DNA of 64,000 nt from Raillietiella orientalis (Eukaryota): assembly GCA_036172245.1 (NCBI GenBank), contig JAYWIR010000038.1, forward strand, positions 558,001 to 622,000. The letters are read 5' to 3'. This document shows positions 12,201 to 23,912 of the stretch, piece by piece. The notes under the pieces were generated by a model, which worked only from the letters and a program-made list of their open reading frames with translations, made no database searches and was not told the origin of the DNA. Every line of letters starts with the position of its first letter. Position 1 is the first letter of the stretch. The translations under genes and the position numbers were made by a program.

Positions 12201-15200
12201 AGGTCACACTGCCCTGGGGGGGATCGAAAAGGAACCCCTAGACAGCGCTCGGGGGCCGATCCGAGGGGAAGTAGGTGCCGGAGCGTAGGCAGAGGGGTGC
12301 AAGCCTGACCCTGGAGCCCCGCTCAGCATTTGGCAGTTTCCATGGAGAGCAGCATCTCCGCTGGACCTCTGCCGGAGAGGACGAGGACGCGGGGATCCGG
12401 GAGGTTCCTGGACGTCCTCCCCGGAAGCTGCGTCATCTGGAGACGATGGGTTCTGAGGCACCACCTCCGGGGTGTGTGACCTCGAAGGCCAGCTGCCGTG
12501 AGGGGCGGCGCGCAGAACCTGGGGTCCGCCGCCCCCGCGCCACGTCCATGAGGGTCAGATTCTCGACCCTCAGAGTGCGTCTTGCAGCAAAGATGACACG
12601 TTTCTCGCAATCTTGGACCACAGGCTGCACTGCCGCAACGCCCTGGATCCTCTCTTCGTTTCCCCCTTCTCACCCACCCTCATCCCAACCAACACTCCTT
12701 CTTGAATAAGGATCCAAAGGAGGGGAACCCGTCGGCTGCCTCGAATGCGCCACCCAACCCCCTGCTGTCAATCCCAGGCATCTAGGGCACCCCCCCAATC
12801 CCTAGCCGCGCGAGATACTTCTTCTTAGGTGGCCCCACACCCTCGCGCCCCACACCTTTGAAGCAGAGAACCTCGTGCCGCGCGTGAGATGAGGTAGGCG
12901 GGTCTCCTGGAGGAAGGAGCTCAGGGAAGGAGGAGGAAGGAGGAAGCAGCGACGCAAGGCTCCGAGGATCTCCGAGGCAGTTCCATGGGGTCGAGTCAGG
13001 TCCACGCTCGTCCCCACTTCCCGAACGTCCACTCGCTCTCCGGCTGGTTGCGGTCAGGTTCCCCTGGGAACCCGCACGCGTTGGAGTTGGCGCGCGCATC
13101 GGCCGGGGTAGGGTGGGGTGGGGTCCGCCGAACCCGTGAGGGAGGGAGTGCAGGCCCAGGCTGCTGTGCCGGGGAACGGATCGAACGACGGCAGGAAGGA
13201 GCGCTTCCGCACCGACGCCCTCCGGAATCGGTGCGTCGGTGCGGAGGATGCCCGAGGCGACGCACGCGGCGAAATTCTCCTGGAGGTCGACACGCTGTCC
13301 TTCCGCTTTTGTATCCTGCGGTCCCGGGCTTCTTGCCTCTGGAAGCGGGGGAGCGGCGCTCCGAAGGTCCAGGAAGAGGCGGGCAGGAGCGGAGCCTGCT
13401 GTTGTGTTGCTCGGAGTCTCCTGGGTGAAGGGGCCACGCCTGCGCGCTATGCCATACTTGAATGCGTACCATCAGATGCGCACACCGACCAAACTTACTA
13501 CGTGCGTGCGAGTATACCTTAATGCGTTTATATATGCGTAGGTACAAATGCAAGTACTTATGTACATACATGCATACACACGTACGAAAGGCTACATACT
13601 GAGGAGAGGATGCACAAGTACAAGTGGCTGCAATCCTTAGTACAGGACGCGATCCTTAGCATAGGCCATGATCCTTAGAAGAGGATGTGGTCCTTAAGAG
13701 AGGATGCGTACGTACGAGAGGCAGTGTACGTAGGTACATACATGTATACATGTGCACATATGCGTACATACATATGCGTATGTGCACATGGTGCATGCGT
13801 AAGCCCGTCCGCATGGGTACGTCGCAATTGTGTGCGTGCATGCGTGAAAACGCACTCGGTTCCTCCCAGAAAACATGAGGAATGGTGCATCTTCCGGAGT
13901 GCTGGTCCGGTTGCTGGCGTGGGGCTGAAGACAGCGCTGCTTCTTGTCTCCCGGGATGTAGATCACAGGGGCCGACGACGGGGGTGGTGGTGGGGGACGC
14001 ACTTACGGAAGGCTACATCACTCCGAAGCCCGCGGGCAGCGGCAGGGAGTCCCTGCGAATGCGTAAAAGCTCGGATGTGGACCCGCGCCCTCCCCTTCCC
14101 GCTTTCCAGTCTCCGTTCCCACTCCAATTCCCCTGAGTGCACGCAGCCTCTCCTTCGCACCCACCTCCGGATGCGAGGGACGCGCCCCTTCCGGCATCCG
14201 CCTGCGGGCCGCGAGCGACCCGTGCTCGACCCCTTTGCTCTTGCCGCTCCGTACCTCTCCTCCTCCTGTCCCTTTGAGAGCGAGAGAAAGCCCTTGACAA
14301 CCGTCGCGAGGTGTCTCGCTTCACCAGCCGGGCCTCGTAAATCGCTCCATCCCGTCAGTGCTTCCCACCCGCCGCCACCGCCGCTGCTGCTGCGATTCCT
14401 TCCCGGCGACGCGGAGGCGACACCCATCCCACGAGGTGCGCGAAGCATTCCAGAAGAAAGAGACTTGCCCCTCCTCCTTTCTCTCGTTTCCGGTTGTCGA
14501 CTGAGATCAGCACTCACGCGGAATCCTCGAAAAGATGTCTGCTGCTTTTTCCCGGCCCAGCGTGCCGGAATCTCCTGCTCTTCCCACGTCCCACTTCCAT
14601 TCTCCGCGCCCGCGGTCGACTTGGAGTTTGCGTCCTCCCTCGAGTACCCTCCCCGCTCCTGAGGGGGAGAGAACTCTCCCTGCTTTGGGCGTCCGATTCC
14701 CGTTTTTTCGAGCTAGGGAGGCAGGTGTGGCCGGGTGGGGAAGGGAACAGGCGAAAACTTTGAATTCCTCTCTCTTGTCCTTCGTCCTCGGCGTCCTTCC
14801 CTTTGCCAAGCGGGAAGATCCCGGGAGAGCGTGCTTCTGCGATTTGTCTGACCCCCTTCCTCTCCCTTTCCTCCCCGCCTTCTCCTTCCCCTATTTGCAA
14901 TGCGAATCCCCCAAAGAGAGGGTGAGGTCGGTCCTGGGGGGTGCTAAACTCGGTCGCGGAGAGCAAGGCCGGTGGGCGGGCCGTCGTCGGGTGCCTCCGG
15001 AGCGTTCCAGAGGTTCCTCCACCCCACCGCTGGGCGCGCGCGCTGCGCTTCCCTGTGGGCTGACCTTGCACTGGGCCCAAGGAATCCCGTCCGCAGTTCA
15101 GGGGCTGCCGCCGCGGAACCGAGAGCACGGCCCGCAGCGGCGCCCCTTCTCCCATCTTTTCCAGGCTCAACCGCCGAAGGGCGTAAGACTCTCTGCTCCT

Positions 15201-18200
15201 CCCCCCACCCCTTCGGTAATGCCGCCGCCTCGAGAGAGCCGGATGTGACGCCTACGGCAGGCTCCGGGAGCCGCCGTAGGCGTCACTTCCGGTATCCGGG
15301 ACCACCCATCCACTAGGTGGCGAGTGGACACTTCGTGGGCAGGTCCACGACGAGAGGGGGAGCAAGACAGCGGATCTGCCTGAGGGAGCGGGCCGACCCC
15401 TCCCACCGAACGGTCACCCTAGGGCGCTTCGCTCTCCCCAACCTAGCGGATCCCACGAGACCTTTGCCATTCGGCCCCTTCCTAGGGCCGAGAATGTGCG
15501 CCGCTCCTTTTCCCCTCCCGCCAGCCTCGCCGCCGTGGGCGCCGCAAAGGAGGCGATTGCACCCGAGGAGACCCTGAGGGGTTCTTGCATTTCCGGGATC
15601 TGGACCCTCTGGGGCGAGGGATAAGACTCGGAAGCCGCGACAGTCGAGCCGCGCGGTATCCCGGTTCTCGGTTCGCCTCCCTTCCCCACCCTGGTCCAGC
15701 CCCCACCCCCTCGGCGGTGGAGGCTTCACTTACCCCTTCACTCCGCCCTCACTTACCCCTAAAGTCGACCGTTCCGGATCCGTCCTCGTCGATCTCGTCG
15801 ATCATCTCGTCCAGCTCGTCGCTGTTCAGGTTCTCGTCCAGCTCCTGGAGGATCTCACGCAGGGTGACGGTGGTAATGTACCCGTTGCCTGGGGAAACGG
15901 GGGAGCTCGGCTTCGAGGTGGGTGGCTGGGACGTGTAGGGGCGGGCAGCCCTGCTCCCGGACTCCTTTGCCCGCCTCCTGCTCGGCATCCCACCCGACTC
16001 TTCCCTCTTTCCGGAGAGCACCCTCAGGAGGGCACGAGGGAGGGGGGGGGGGCGTAGACGGGGACGGGAGGGCCGAGAAGGAGGTGGGGAGAGGGGCAGG
16101 AGTGGCTTGAGAATCTCCAAGGACGAACCTTCCTTGTCGTACAGGCGGAAGGCTTCGCGCAGCTCGTGCTCCATGGCAACGGAGTCCTCCTCCACCATGA
16201 ACTTGGCCGCCAGCACGAGGAACTCCTCGAACTCGATGACCCCCGATCCTAAAACGGGAGCAGTGGTCACGAAGAGGAAGGAGGAAGAAGCCAGATCCGC
16301 CGGGGGCTGGGGACGAGGAAGGGACGGAGTCGTCCTCCCCTCCCTTTCGCCTGGAAGGGTGGAAGAGAGGGGCGCCCTTGAGCGACCCAATCCCCCGCCG
16401 CTTCCTCCCTCCGACGTCAAGGACGGGCCAGCCGCTTAGGGGTCAAGCCGGGAGGTGGTGTGGTAGTCAACCCGGAAGTCGTCCGCCTCCAACGAGAGTT
16501 GGCCTTCTTCGGAAACCGGACAGTCCTTCGCGGGCCGGGCCGGAGGATGGACGCTCGCAAGCAGGGGGAGGCGACCGGGTCCGCGGCGCCATCTCTCGAG
16601 GGAGGAGAGAAAAAAAAGGAGGGCTCCTGTCGCACTTTCGAGCGGCGAAGGGGAGGGGAGATCTCCGGAGGCGGACTTAGCACTTCCCCCTTCCACCGAT
16701 CGGGTTCTGCCTCGTCGGACTGGGGGATTGCCAAGCGACCACTGTCAGAGGAGACTTCCGATCCAGGAGTGCGCTGTGGATGGGGAGGGCACGAGGGTCT
16801 TCCGCCCGCCCCCTCCAATAGCAAGGGAGAGGCGTCCTCATCATCCCCTCGCCTACCCGGAGGCCCTGCCCTCGAGGCCTAAAAATAGTGGTGGGTGAGC
16901 AGGGAGAAAGTAGGGTAGCACCTTGGGCTTGAGGGTCGGAAGAGCCCCACCAATCGCTGCGGGAAGGTCGCGGTCTCAAGTCTGCCCCGCGCGAGCCCGT
17001 CCACTCCAGACTAGGGAGGGGTGGAGGTGCATGGGGCCTTCCTGGTCCTCGGGGTGCCGCCTCTACTCCCTCTCTGTTCCCCTGGTTCTCGGTCCTGGAG
17101 CGCTCGCGGCCCCACACGCAGCAACGCGGCAATGGGTGACCTTTCGGGTAAGAACCTGAGGGTGGCGCTCCCCCGGAGCTTCCCGGGGAAGGAGGAGAGG
17201 GAGGAAGCGGTAGCGAGAGGGAAGTCACTGATGGCATCGTTCCCGTCTGGGGGATCCTGAATGCCGAGCCGGGGCCAGTCCCAGCTGAAGCCGTCGATCT
17301 TGATCGGTCCCTCTGAGTCTTCCTTTTTTTGCCCTCTCCCGGGAGCCGGGGATGGGTGGGTCGCGCTTTCCTTCCTCCCTCCCCTCGTGAGTGGGACGAG
17401 GGTATGAGGAGCCTCGGATACCCACCTCCTCCCCTCCCTTCCCACCTATGGATCCACTCTTACCGTCGACGTCGATCTCCTGGATGATCTGCCTGAGCTC
17501 CCGGCTGTTGAATTGCAGGCCCATCATCCCCAGGATGTGCCCGACGGTGTCCGCGGAGATGGAGCCCTTCTTCTCCCGGTCAAAGGTGTCGAAGCACTTC
17601 TTCAGCACTGGGGGGAGGAGGAAGGGGTGGCCAGCGGACGGACAGAGACACTTCCGCGGCGGGCAGGGGGCGGCACCGCCACTCCCACAAGCCCATCCCC
17701 CGCGTTGCACACGCGCGCGCGCCGCGGGCTACGCCAGGCATATCCACATCTCGCCTTGTGCGCCCCCTCACGCCGCCCCCACCTTTCAGCCCCGTCACCC
17801 GCCCCTTTTCCGTCCTGAGCATCGATCGTCGATTCCTTGGGGGGGGACAGGCCGCCGACGGGCGCGCAGGTGTTGGCGGCGGCTGCTCCCAGGGAAAGGC
17901 GCGCGCAAGTTGGGGGCCAAGGAGCAGGCGGAAAGTGGTCTCGCAGCGAGTAGCCCGGGCGCTTCGAGTGGGTGCACCGTATTCGCCCCCCTCCGCTCGG
18001 TCGCCGGCGCCGCCACTTCCCCCCTGCCTCGGGCACCCGCCCGGTTGCCCTTTGGCAAAAGCAGCGGTCTCTCTTACTGGCTCTCTGCTCGTCCGTGAGG
18101 TCCTCCTGGAAAGAAAAGGGCAAGGGTCAGAGCCTCCCGAGGAGAGCAAGAGGAGGGGAGAAGGAATAACCCTTCAGTTCCGATCCACAGCACCTCGCGC

Positions 18201-20081
18201 TCTCCGTGCCACAGAAAAGAGAGGGCCTTGGGCCCGGGTCGCCCCCCGCGGTACCAGGGGTCGGCGATGCCCCGAAGACTCTCAGGGGCGTCGGAAGGGG
18301 GCATCACGCGCCCGCATCGCTGAGAGCAGTCGACCCAGCTCGTCTCTGGTCCGGCCCTCAGGGGTGGACCAGCGCCCCTCACTGTGGGGCCCCTCCCCGA
18401 TCTGGACGACGCGCGCGCGAAGGTGACCTCGAAAGGGACGCCGGGACGATCGCGTCTAACCCCACCCCGCCCTCGAGGACTGCCGCCGTCTCGCCCGTCT
18501 GGGTGTGGGGGCGCTCAAGGAGAATTCACTCGCAGCTTCCGACAGCGTGACCCTTCCTCCCACTTCAGGGGTGAAAACCCTGGTTTTCCGACCCCACTCC
18601 CGGTGGTTCCTCTCCCCTCCCCCTTGGGGGTAGCGTGCCTCTCCTTCCGGGTTCAGCAGCACCCCGGGAAATCCTGCTCCCGCATGCTTTTCCCCCCTCC
18701 CCCTCCCTTCCTCTCCTGTTTCCTCGTCCTCCGGGAAGAGGGAGCTGCGGCGTCCCATCCTGCACTCGTCCCATCCTCACGGATCCCCGCTCACTGACGA
18801 CCTCTCCCTCCCCCTCCTGATCCCTGAAGCAGCCGGCCGAGGCTCCCAGGGGTGTCTCCGGGAGGCGAGCCCCTCCGCGCCCTGGTCTCCTCTTCCCCCT
18901 CCTGCGGGTCCAGCGATCATCGGGTGCTCCGGTGCCTTCGTCCCTCCCCCCCCGCCGGCTGCCGTTGCTGGGACGGGAAGGAGGGGGAGGAGCGTTGCCC
19001 ACGCCCCTCTGTGAAAACCCGCCGCCTGCCCTTCTGCCCGTCCTAGAGGGGGGAACTTGGTCTTTCCCAAAGTGGCTCTCCTTCGCCCGCACCCCCTCCC
19101 TCCCACCCCAACCCATCGCGTGTACCGCGGGCGCGGGACAAGCAGTGGAGGCACCCTTCGGGCTCTTCCGGGGAAATCCCTGGCCTGAACCCGGGGCGGG
19201 GGAGATGAAAGGGGCGACCAAGGTATCCTCTCTGCTCCTGGACCCCGGGGGTACGGGCCTACCCAGCCTCCAGGGTGCTGAGGGAGTGCCCTGCACCTCC
19301 TCCCTTCCTCGTAGGGGGGAGGAAGCGGGAGGGGCCAGAGTGCTCCTCCCTCACCTGCCTTCCCGGTGCGCCTTTCCCTTCCGCTTCCTCTTCCCCTCCC
19401 CCGCTTGCAAGAGCTTCTGTCCGGCGGAGTTAGGGAGAGAGGGAGTAGGAGACGCTCGCCTCCTCTCCTTCCCTTTGACCCTCTCTTCTCCGGCAGGGCG
19501 TTCCCCTTTTCCCGAAAGGAGCCACGGAGAGGTGGGGACGAGAAGGCAGCCCCTTCGGGACAGGGCGCCGCCGCCTCCAGAGACGAGTGGACCCGCCGTT
19601 TCCCCAGGCAGTCAGTCGCCCGCCAGGTCTCCGCAGAGAGGCGGGGGCGAGGAAGGCATGGATTTTCCGCCCCCGCCGCGAACGACTGTCTTCGGGCACC
19701 ACAAGAGGGCGTCAATGGCGGCAGGAGGAGTCGAGAAGACTCTTCCTGCCGCCCTGGAGGTTGGTGCAAATACCGTGGCCCCCCCTTTCTCCGGGTTCTC
19801 CCCCGGCGGGGCGGGGGCTCCGAGAGAGCGATGGTCGCTCCTCACTCTCCTCCCCCGCTCCCTCCATCTCTTTTTCTGAGGGTGGGGAGAGCGGAAGTGC
19901 CTCCCCTCGGCGGCGGAGGATCTCTCATTTCCTTCCGCTGCGTCCGCCGCCCCCCAGGAGGAAGGGGACGGGCGCCCTGAAGACCTTCCCCCCCCCCCGT
20001 GGTGGGAAAGGCCTCTCTCCCTCCCTTCCTCCATCCCAGAGGTCTCAAAGCGGCGGGGGTGGAAGCGACACTCACCGACAT
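9236..20081 (-). CDS. TpnC: Troponin C (invertebrate type, 4 EF-hands), 152 aa, 6 coding exons
   Basis: Exons with GT-AG borders: 20076-20081 (ATG TCG), 18078-18105, 17464-17607, 16129-16248, 15757-15888, 9236-9264. Total 459 nt, in frame. Protein: MSEDLTDEQRAMLKKCFDTFDREKKGSISADTVGHILGMMG...[27 protein letters not shown]...ELREAFRLYDKEGNGYITT...EIDEDGSGTVDFREFMEMMTGE*. The LAAKF/EED, REAFRLYDKEGNGYI and EFMEMMTG motifs are typical of arthropod TnC. Exon 1 (ccaccATGTCG|gtgag) is the least certain. Confidence 0.93.
9966..10620 (-). mobile_element. SINE-like repeat copy, near full length, in the last TnC intron
   Basis: Tail tttggtcctcaaggggtgccgaagaacc, body blocks, and head gggattcgaacccgtgacgcctggtgcc (GGTTCGAATCCC on the minus strand). 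Confidence 0.88.
11780..12330 (-). mobile_element. Possible old, degenerate copy of the same SINE-like family
   Basis: Patchy similarity only (gggggtccgaggggactctccgggga, cactcggcggaatcctcgacg, gactccggagg, ggggggatcgaa). Confidence 0.35.
13440..13850. repeat. Degenerate alternating purine-pyrimidine (TACA/TGCA/TACG) simple repeat
   Basis: e.g. tgtacatacatgcatacacacgtacg and tacatacatgtatacatgtgcacatatgcgtacatacatatgcgtatgtgcac. Confidence 0.8.
16879..16888. promoter_or_regulatory. Perfect MEF2 consensus site in TnC intron 3
   Basis: CTAAAAATAG matches CTA(A/T)4TAG, in GC-rich context. Function untested. Confidence 0.45.
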
Positions 20082-20280
20082 GGTGGGGGGTGCTGGTTGG
20101 TCCACGCGCAGGGATGCTGCTGCTTCTGCCGCTGCCGGTCCCGGAGAAGAAGGGAGTCCCGCTGCGCTCGCCGCCGCGTGCCAAGCCCGCGCTTTCCCTT
20201 CTGCTTCCCGGCTCGCGCGCCGCGGGCGCCGCCGTCGCTCCCTCCCCCTCCCCCTCCCACCCCTCCCCTCATCCTCCTCG

Positions 20281-20310
20281 CTAAATTTGGATTCCCGGTA
20301 TTTTTAACGC
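20281..20310 (-). promoter_or_regulatory. Candidate TnC proximal promoter elements (AT-rich TTAAAAATA and CArG-like CCAAATTTAG)
   Basis: The only AT-rich patch ~200-230 nt upstream of the proposed ATG. Both motifs are imperfect matches. Confidence 0.3.
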
Positions 20311-22024
20311 TTCCCGGCTCCCGACGCTGCTGCCGTCGGGAGGCCGCCGGGATCGCTGATTGACAAAAGGGGAAGAGGGGGGAGAGGAGGGGAAGGGCGG
20401 AGGGGACGAGGTGAACCCACCCATTCCGCCGCCTCTTGCTAAGGGAAGGAGAGGAGCCCGAAGAACCCTCCCTTCTCCTCGTCGTTCATCGGGCAGGGGA
20501 ACGGAGGGGGTCCGGGAGCTTCCTTCCCGGTCGAACGGGGGAGTGGACGAATATCTTTCTTCCCTCCCCTCTTTCGCTCCCCGGTGTCTCCGAGAAGGAC
20601 GCCTGGGGGAAGGGGCGTAGAAGTATTCCCAGTGTTCCGGGAGCTCCGACGCTATGGGCTCTTCCCCCTCCCGGGTTCCCCGAGCGAGGGAAGAACGGAA
20701 GGAAGGAGTTATTCCCACCCTTCGTACCCCAAGGGTCCTCGCGAGTTTTCCCGTGACGCTCCCAGTTCTCCCTTCCCTCCCCTCAAACCCCCTTCACCCC
20801 CGACTCCCCCACCTTCGCCCCACTCTCCAGCGCTCGAGTTGGAGAAGAGCCCTCGGCGAAGGGGTCGCCGAAAGGGGGAGGGGTTGAGCGCCTCCTCTTC
20901 CCTGCCTACCTCCTGCCCACCACGCAGAGGCGCCATGACCCCCGGCGCAGGGAGGGGGACTGGAGAGAGAGTCCAGACGCATAGTCTGCGCCCCACCGAA
21001 CGCGATGTCCAGCATCCTCCGGAAGGGAAAGCCACCCCACCTTCCTCGGAGAGAGGGTAAAAAAAAAGACATGTGGAATTTCGATTCCCGGGAGGAGGAG
21101 GAGCGAGCGAGCACTCCCTCCACTGCGACTCCCCCCCTCCCCCAGAAGGAGGGGGAGGAGCCTCCCGACAGCTCCTCCTCGGAGAAGCCGCCGGTCAGCA
21201 GCACTCGGAGGGACAAAAGGGGTGCCTACTTTTTCCACCCTCGACCCCGACGGGACATACCACCAGCGAGAGGAAAAGCAGAGTGGTTACTCGGCCCCGG
21301 GTTCGAACGGCCCTCCCCTGGTCCCCTAAGGAGGAGCCACCGAGGGGGAGCCGACCCCTTCCGGATCCGCGTGACGCGCGCGGGGAGCGACTCCTTCCTC
21401 CCTGGCCGGTAGGGGCGGGGGAGCGGAGGGACGCGGAGAGGCACCGCCGTTTCCTCGCTGGCTCATCCGACCGAGCCGCGCACGCGGGGACTTGGCAACA
21501 CCTCGGCCCTCCTCCCGGTGACGCGCGCGCCCCCGCTGGATGAAAGAAGTCTCGTGGGAGGACGGCGGCGGCGGGGGCTCCGCAGATGACGCGGGACAGG
21601 GGCTGCTCCGCCCCTCCTTCATCTCGCCCTTTCTCCAGACCTCCGAGCTCTGCCGCCCCCGGGGAAGCGTGCAGGAACGGGGGATGTGCCCTTCGACTCT
21701 GTCCGCTCCTCACCCCCGGAGAAACGCTGCAGCGACTGACACTCCTTTCACCCCCCTCTCCTCGCCTCCCACTTTCTCGCAGTGTGCCACTGCTGCCATC
21801 CTACGCCCTCTTCCTTTCCCTTCGTTGACGCCGCTCTACCCCTTCCTTACCTTCCGTGAATACCGTCCTAATCCCTCTTCCTTACCCTCCGACAGCGTTA
21901 CCCTACGCCATCCTCATTCTCCTCCGACAACGCCACCCCACGCCATCCTCCTTCCCCGCCTCTCCGACCGTCCGTTGCTTCGTTCCCCTCCGGGAAACGA
22001 CGATCCGCCATCACAGCGGCAGAT

Positions 22025-22034
22025 CTATTTTTAG
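22025..22034. promoter_or_regulatory. Perfect MEF2 consensus site ~1.9 kb upstream of the TnC ATG
   Basis: CTATTTTTAG, an isolated AT island in GC-rich DNA. Confidence 0.5.
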
Positions 22035-23841
22035 AAGCAGCAGTGCGACGCGCCCCGCGACCGCTTCGTGCCCTTCATGGGGCATCCGCTGCACCTCCGC
22101 AGCTGGAGGGGTGGACTGCGGGGGAGACCGGCCCCGGCCCTCTGCTTCTTGGCTGTCTCGCCCACAGAGAGCCCACCATATGATGCGTTGCACCGGGCTC
22201 CTCCTTCCCTCCCCTTTCCCCCGGGGCAGAATCCTCCGAGGTGGCAGCGAGTCCCCTTCTTCCTGGCATTGCGTCCGGGTTTCTGGCTCCAGGCCAGGAG
22301 ACCAACCTTCTCCTCTCGGGGGAGAAGCAGCAGCCTGGAAAGCCTGAAAGGCTTTAGGCGGGTAGGGTCCTGGCCACCGTCGCCTGGGAGTGACGGGAGG
22401 ACCCTCGCCGTTCCGCCCTACTGCACAACTGCCGCATTCCCTCTCTTCCCCTCCGGGATCACCGGGATCAGGGTCTTTTCCCCTTTCCTCTGTTCACGGT
22501 AGACGGTGCCGGCGCCAGCGGCCGGAGATTTCTCTGGTCAGCGACATCTGCATGGCATCATCGCCTGGGGGAGGGTCACGGGTCTAGCCGGGATGCACGA
22601 ACCGCCTTCTACTCCCGGGCACTCCCTAGGCTGCGGAAGTCTCCCCTTTCCTTTCTCCACTTCCGTCCTCGAGGACCAGCCGACGTTCGGGTCGTTTCTG
22701 AAGGCTCCGCTGGGGTCTCCCACCTCTCCGCCTCTCGCCCTCACCCTTGAAGGGCACGTCTCTCCGCTGCTCATCTCATCCGGCCGACGGGAAGCCTTCT
22801 TGGGTGACCACTGGTCAGCTATCCGAGCCTGGGCCACAGAGCCGAAGGCGGGGAGGGAAATTGCTTCCGCGGCCAAGGCGCCCAGCCCCGCATCCTGGAA
22901 CGGCGTTCCTTCCAGACACGCTGGCTCCAGGGACGTCACTTCCGCTCTCTTCCCGGTGGCTCCCCGCGACTCGCGTGGCGGAAGGAGGCCGCGCGCCCAG
23001 GCCGCGGGGAGCTGCAGAGCGTGCCTCCAAGCGGAGGGGTAGGGAGAAATAAAAGGCTGAGGAAACGTGCACGGAGAATGGCCCGTGGCCTTTCGCTAGT
23101 CCCCGAAAGGAAAGACAGGAAAGGGTGGCGCCGCCTCAGAGGAGACTTCTGCCTCCTCGTTTCGACCTTGACCCTTGCTGAGCCCAGAAATGGGGAGGAA
23201 CCACATTCTGCCTCCTGCAGACATCTCGGAGGTGCCTGCTCGTCCCTATCCCTCCTCCTCTTTTTCTTTTCCACTCCACGAGACTCCTCCATTTCCCTGT
23301 ATCCCCCACGGAACCCGCCAGCAATGTCAGGAAGCGCTCCACGTTCCCCCCGCAAACTGCTCCGCAACCGCTTCCAGGCACCCAGGAGAAGGAGGAGTCG
23401 GGAAGGACGGGAAGGCTGTCTTCAAATTCCACTCCTCCTCTCCTCCCAATTGCAGACTGGGCTTTCGAGACGAACTGCAGTCTTCCTCCTCCTCTTCCCT
23501 CCCTTGGGAACTCCGTGTGGGACCCTTTCGAGAGACGCAGGTCTGGAGAGCGGCGTCCCTCCGCCTCCCTCCTCTGCCCTTTCCCCCGCCCATCCCTCCC
23601 TCCCTTCGGGGGAGTGAACAAGTGGAGTCCCTCACGAACCGAGGGGTCCCTCAGAAGGCAACCAAGGGGAGGGGAGTTTCCATCGATGTTCCCTGACAAG
23701 AGTCAGAGAGGAACGGACTACTCCCTCCGGGGCCTTCCCGGATGACCAGCCCCCTGACTAAGTCGCTCACAACCTCGGGCGGCGTGGAAGAGCTCTGCGG
23801 ACCCCCCGTCGGGCCTCCCTGGCTCCTTCTATGATGCACCG

Positions 23842-23912
23842 TTGATTGATTGATTAATTGATAGATGACAGAAAGATAAATGGATGGATGGATAGATAGA
23901 TAAATAATAAAT
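23842..23912. repeat. Compound tetranucleotide microsatellite (GATT/GATA/GGAT/AAAT)
   Basis: ttgattgattgattaattgatagatgacagaaagataaatggatggatggatagatagataaataataaat. Confidence 0.85.

Noticed and set aside
15757..17607. Calmodulin call for the EF-hand gene
   Set aside because: Loops I and III are degenerate and the sequence is far from invariant calmodulin; motifs match arthropod troponin C.
1465..23840. Many long ORFs (e.g. 1465-2331, 7691-8623, 10800-11879, 13685-14662, 18777-19769, 18932-19879)
   Set aside because: R/P/G/S-rich, overlapping in several frames and with no recognisable domains. This is expected from stop-codon scarcity in GC-rich DNA and SINE copies; only the TnC exons are convincing.
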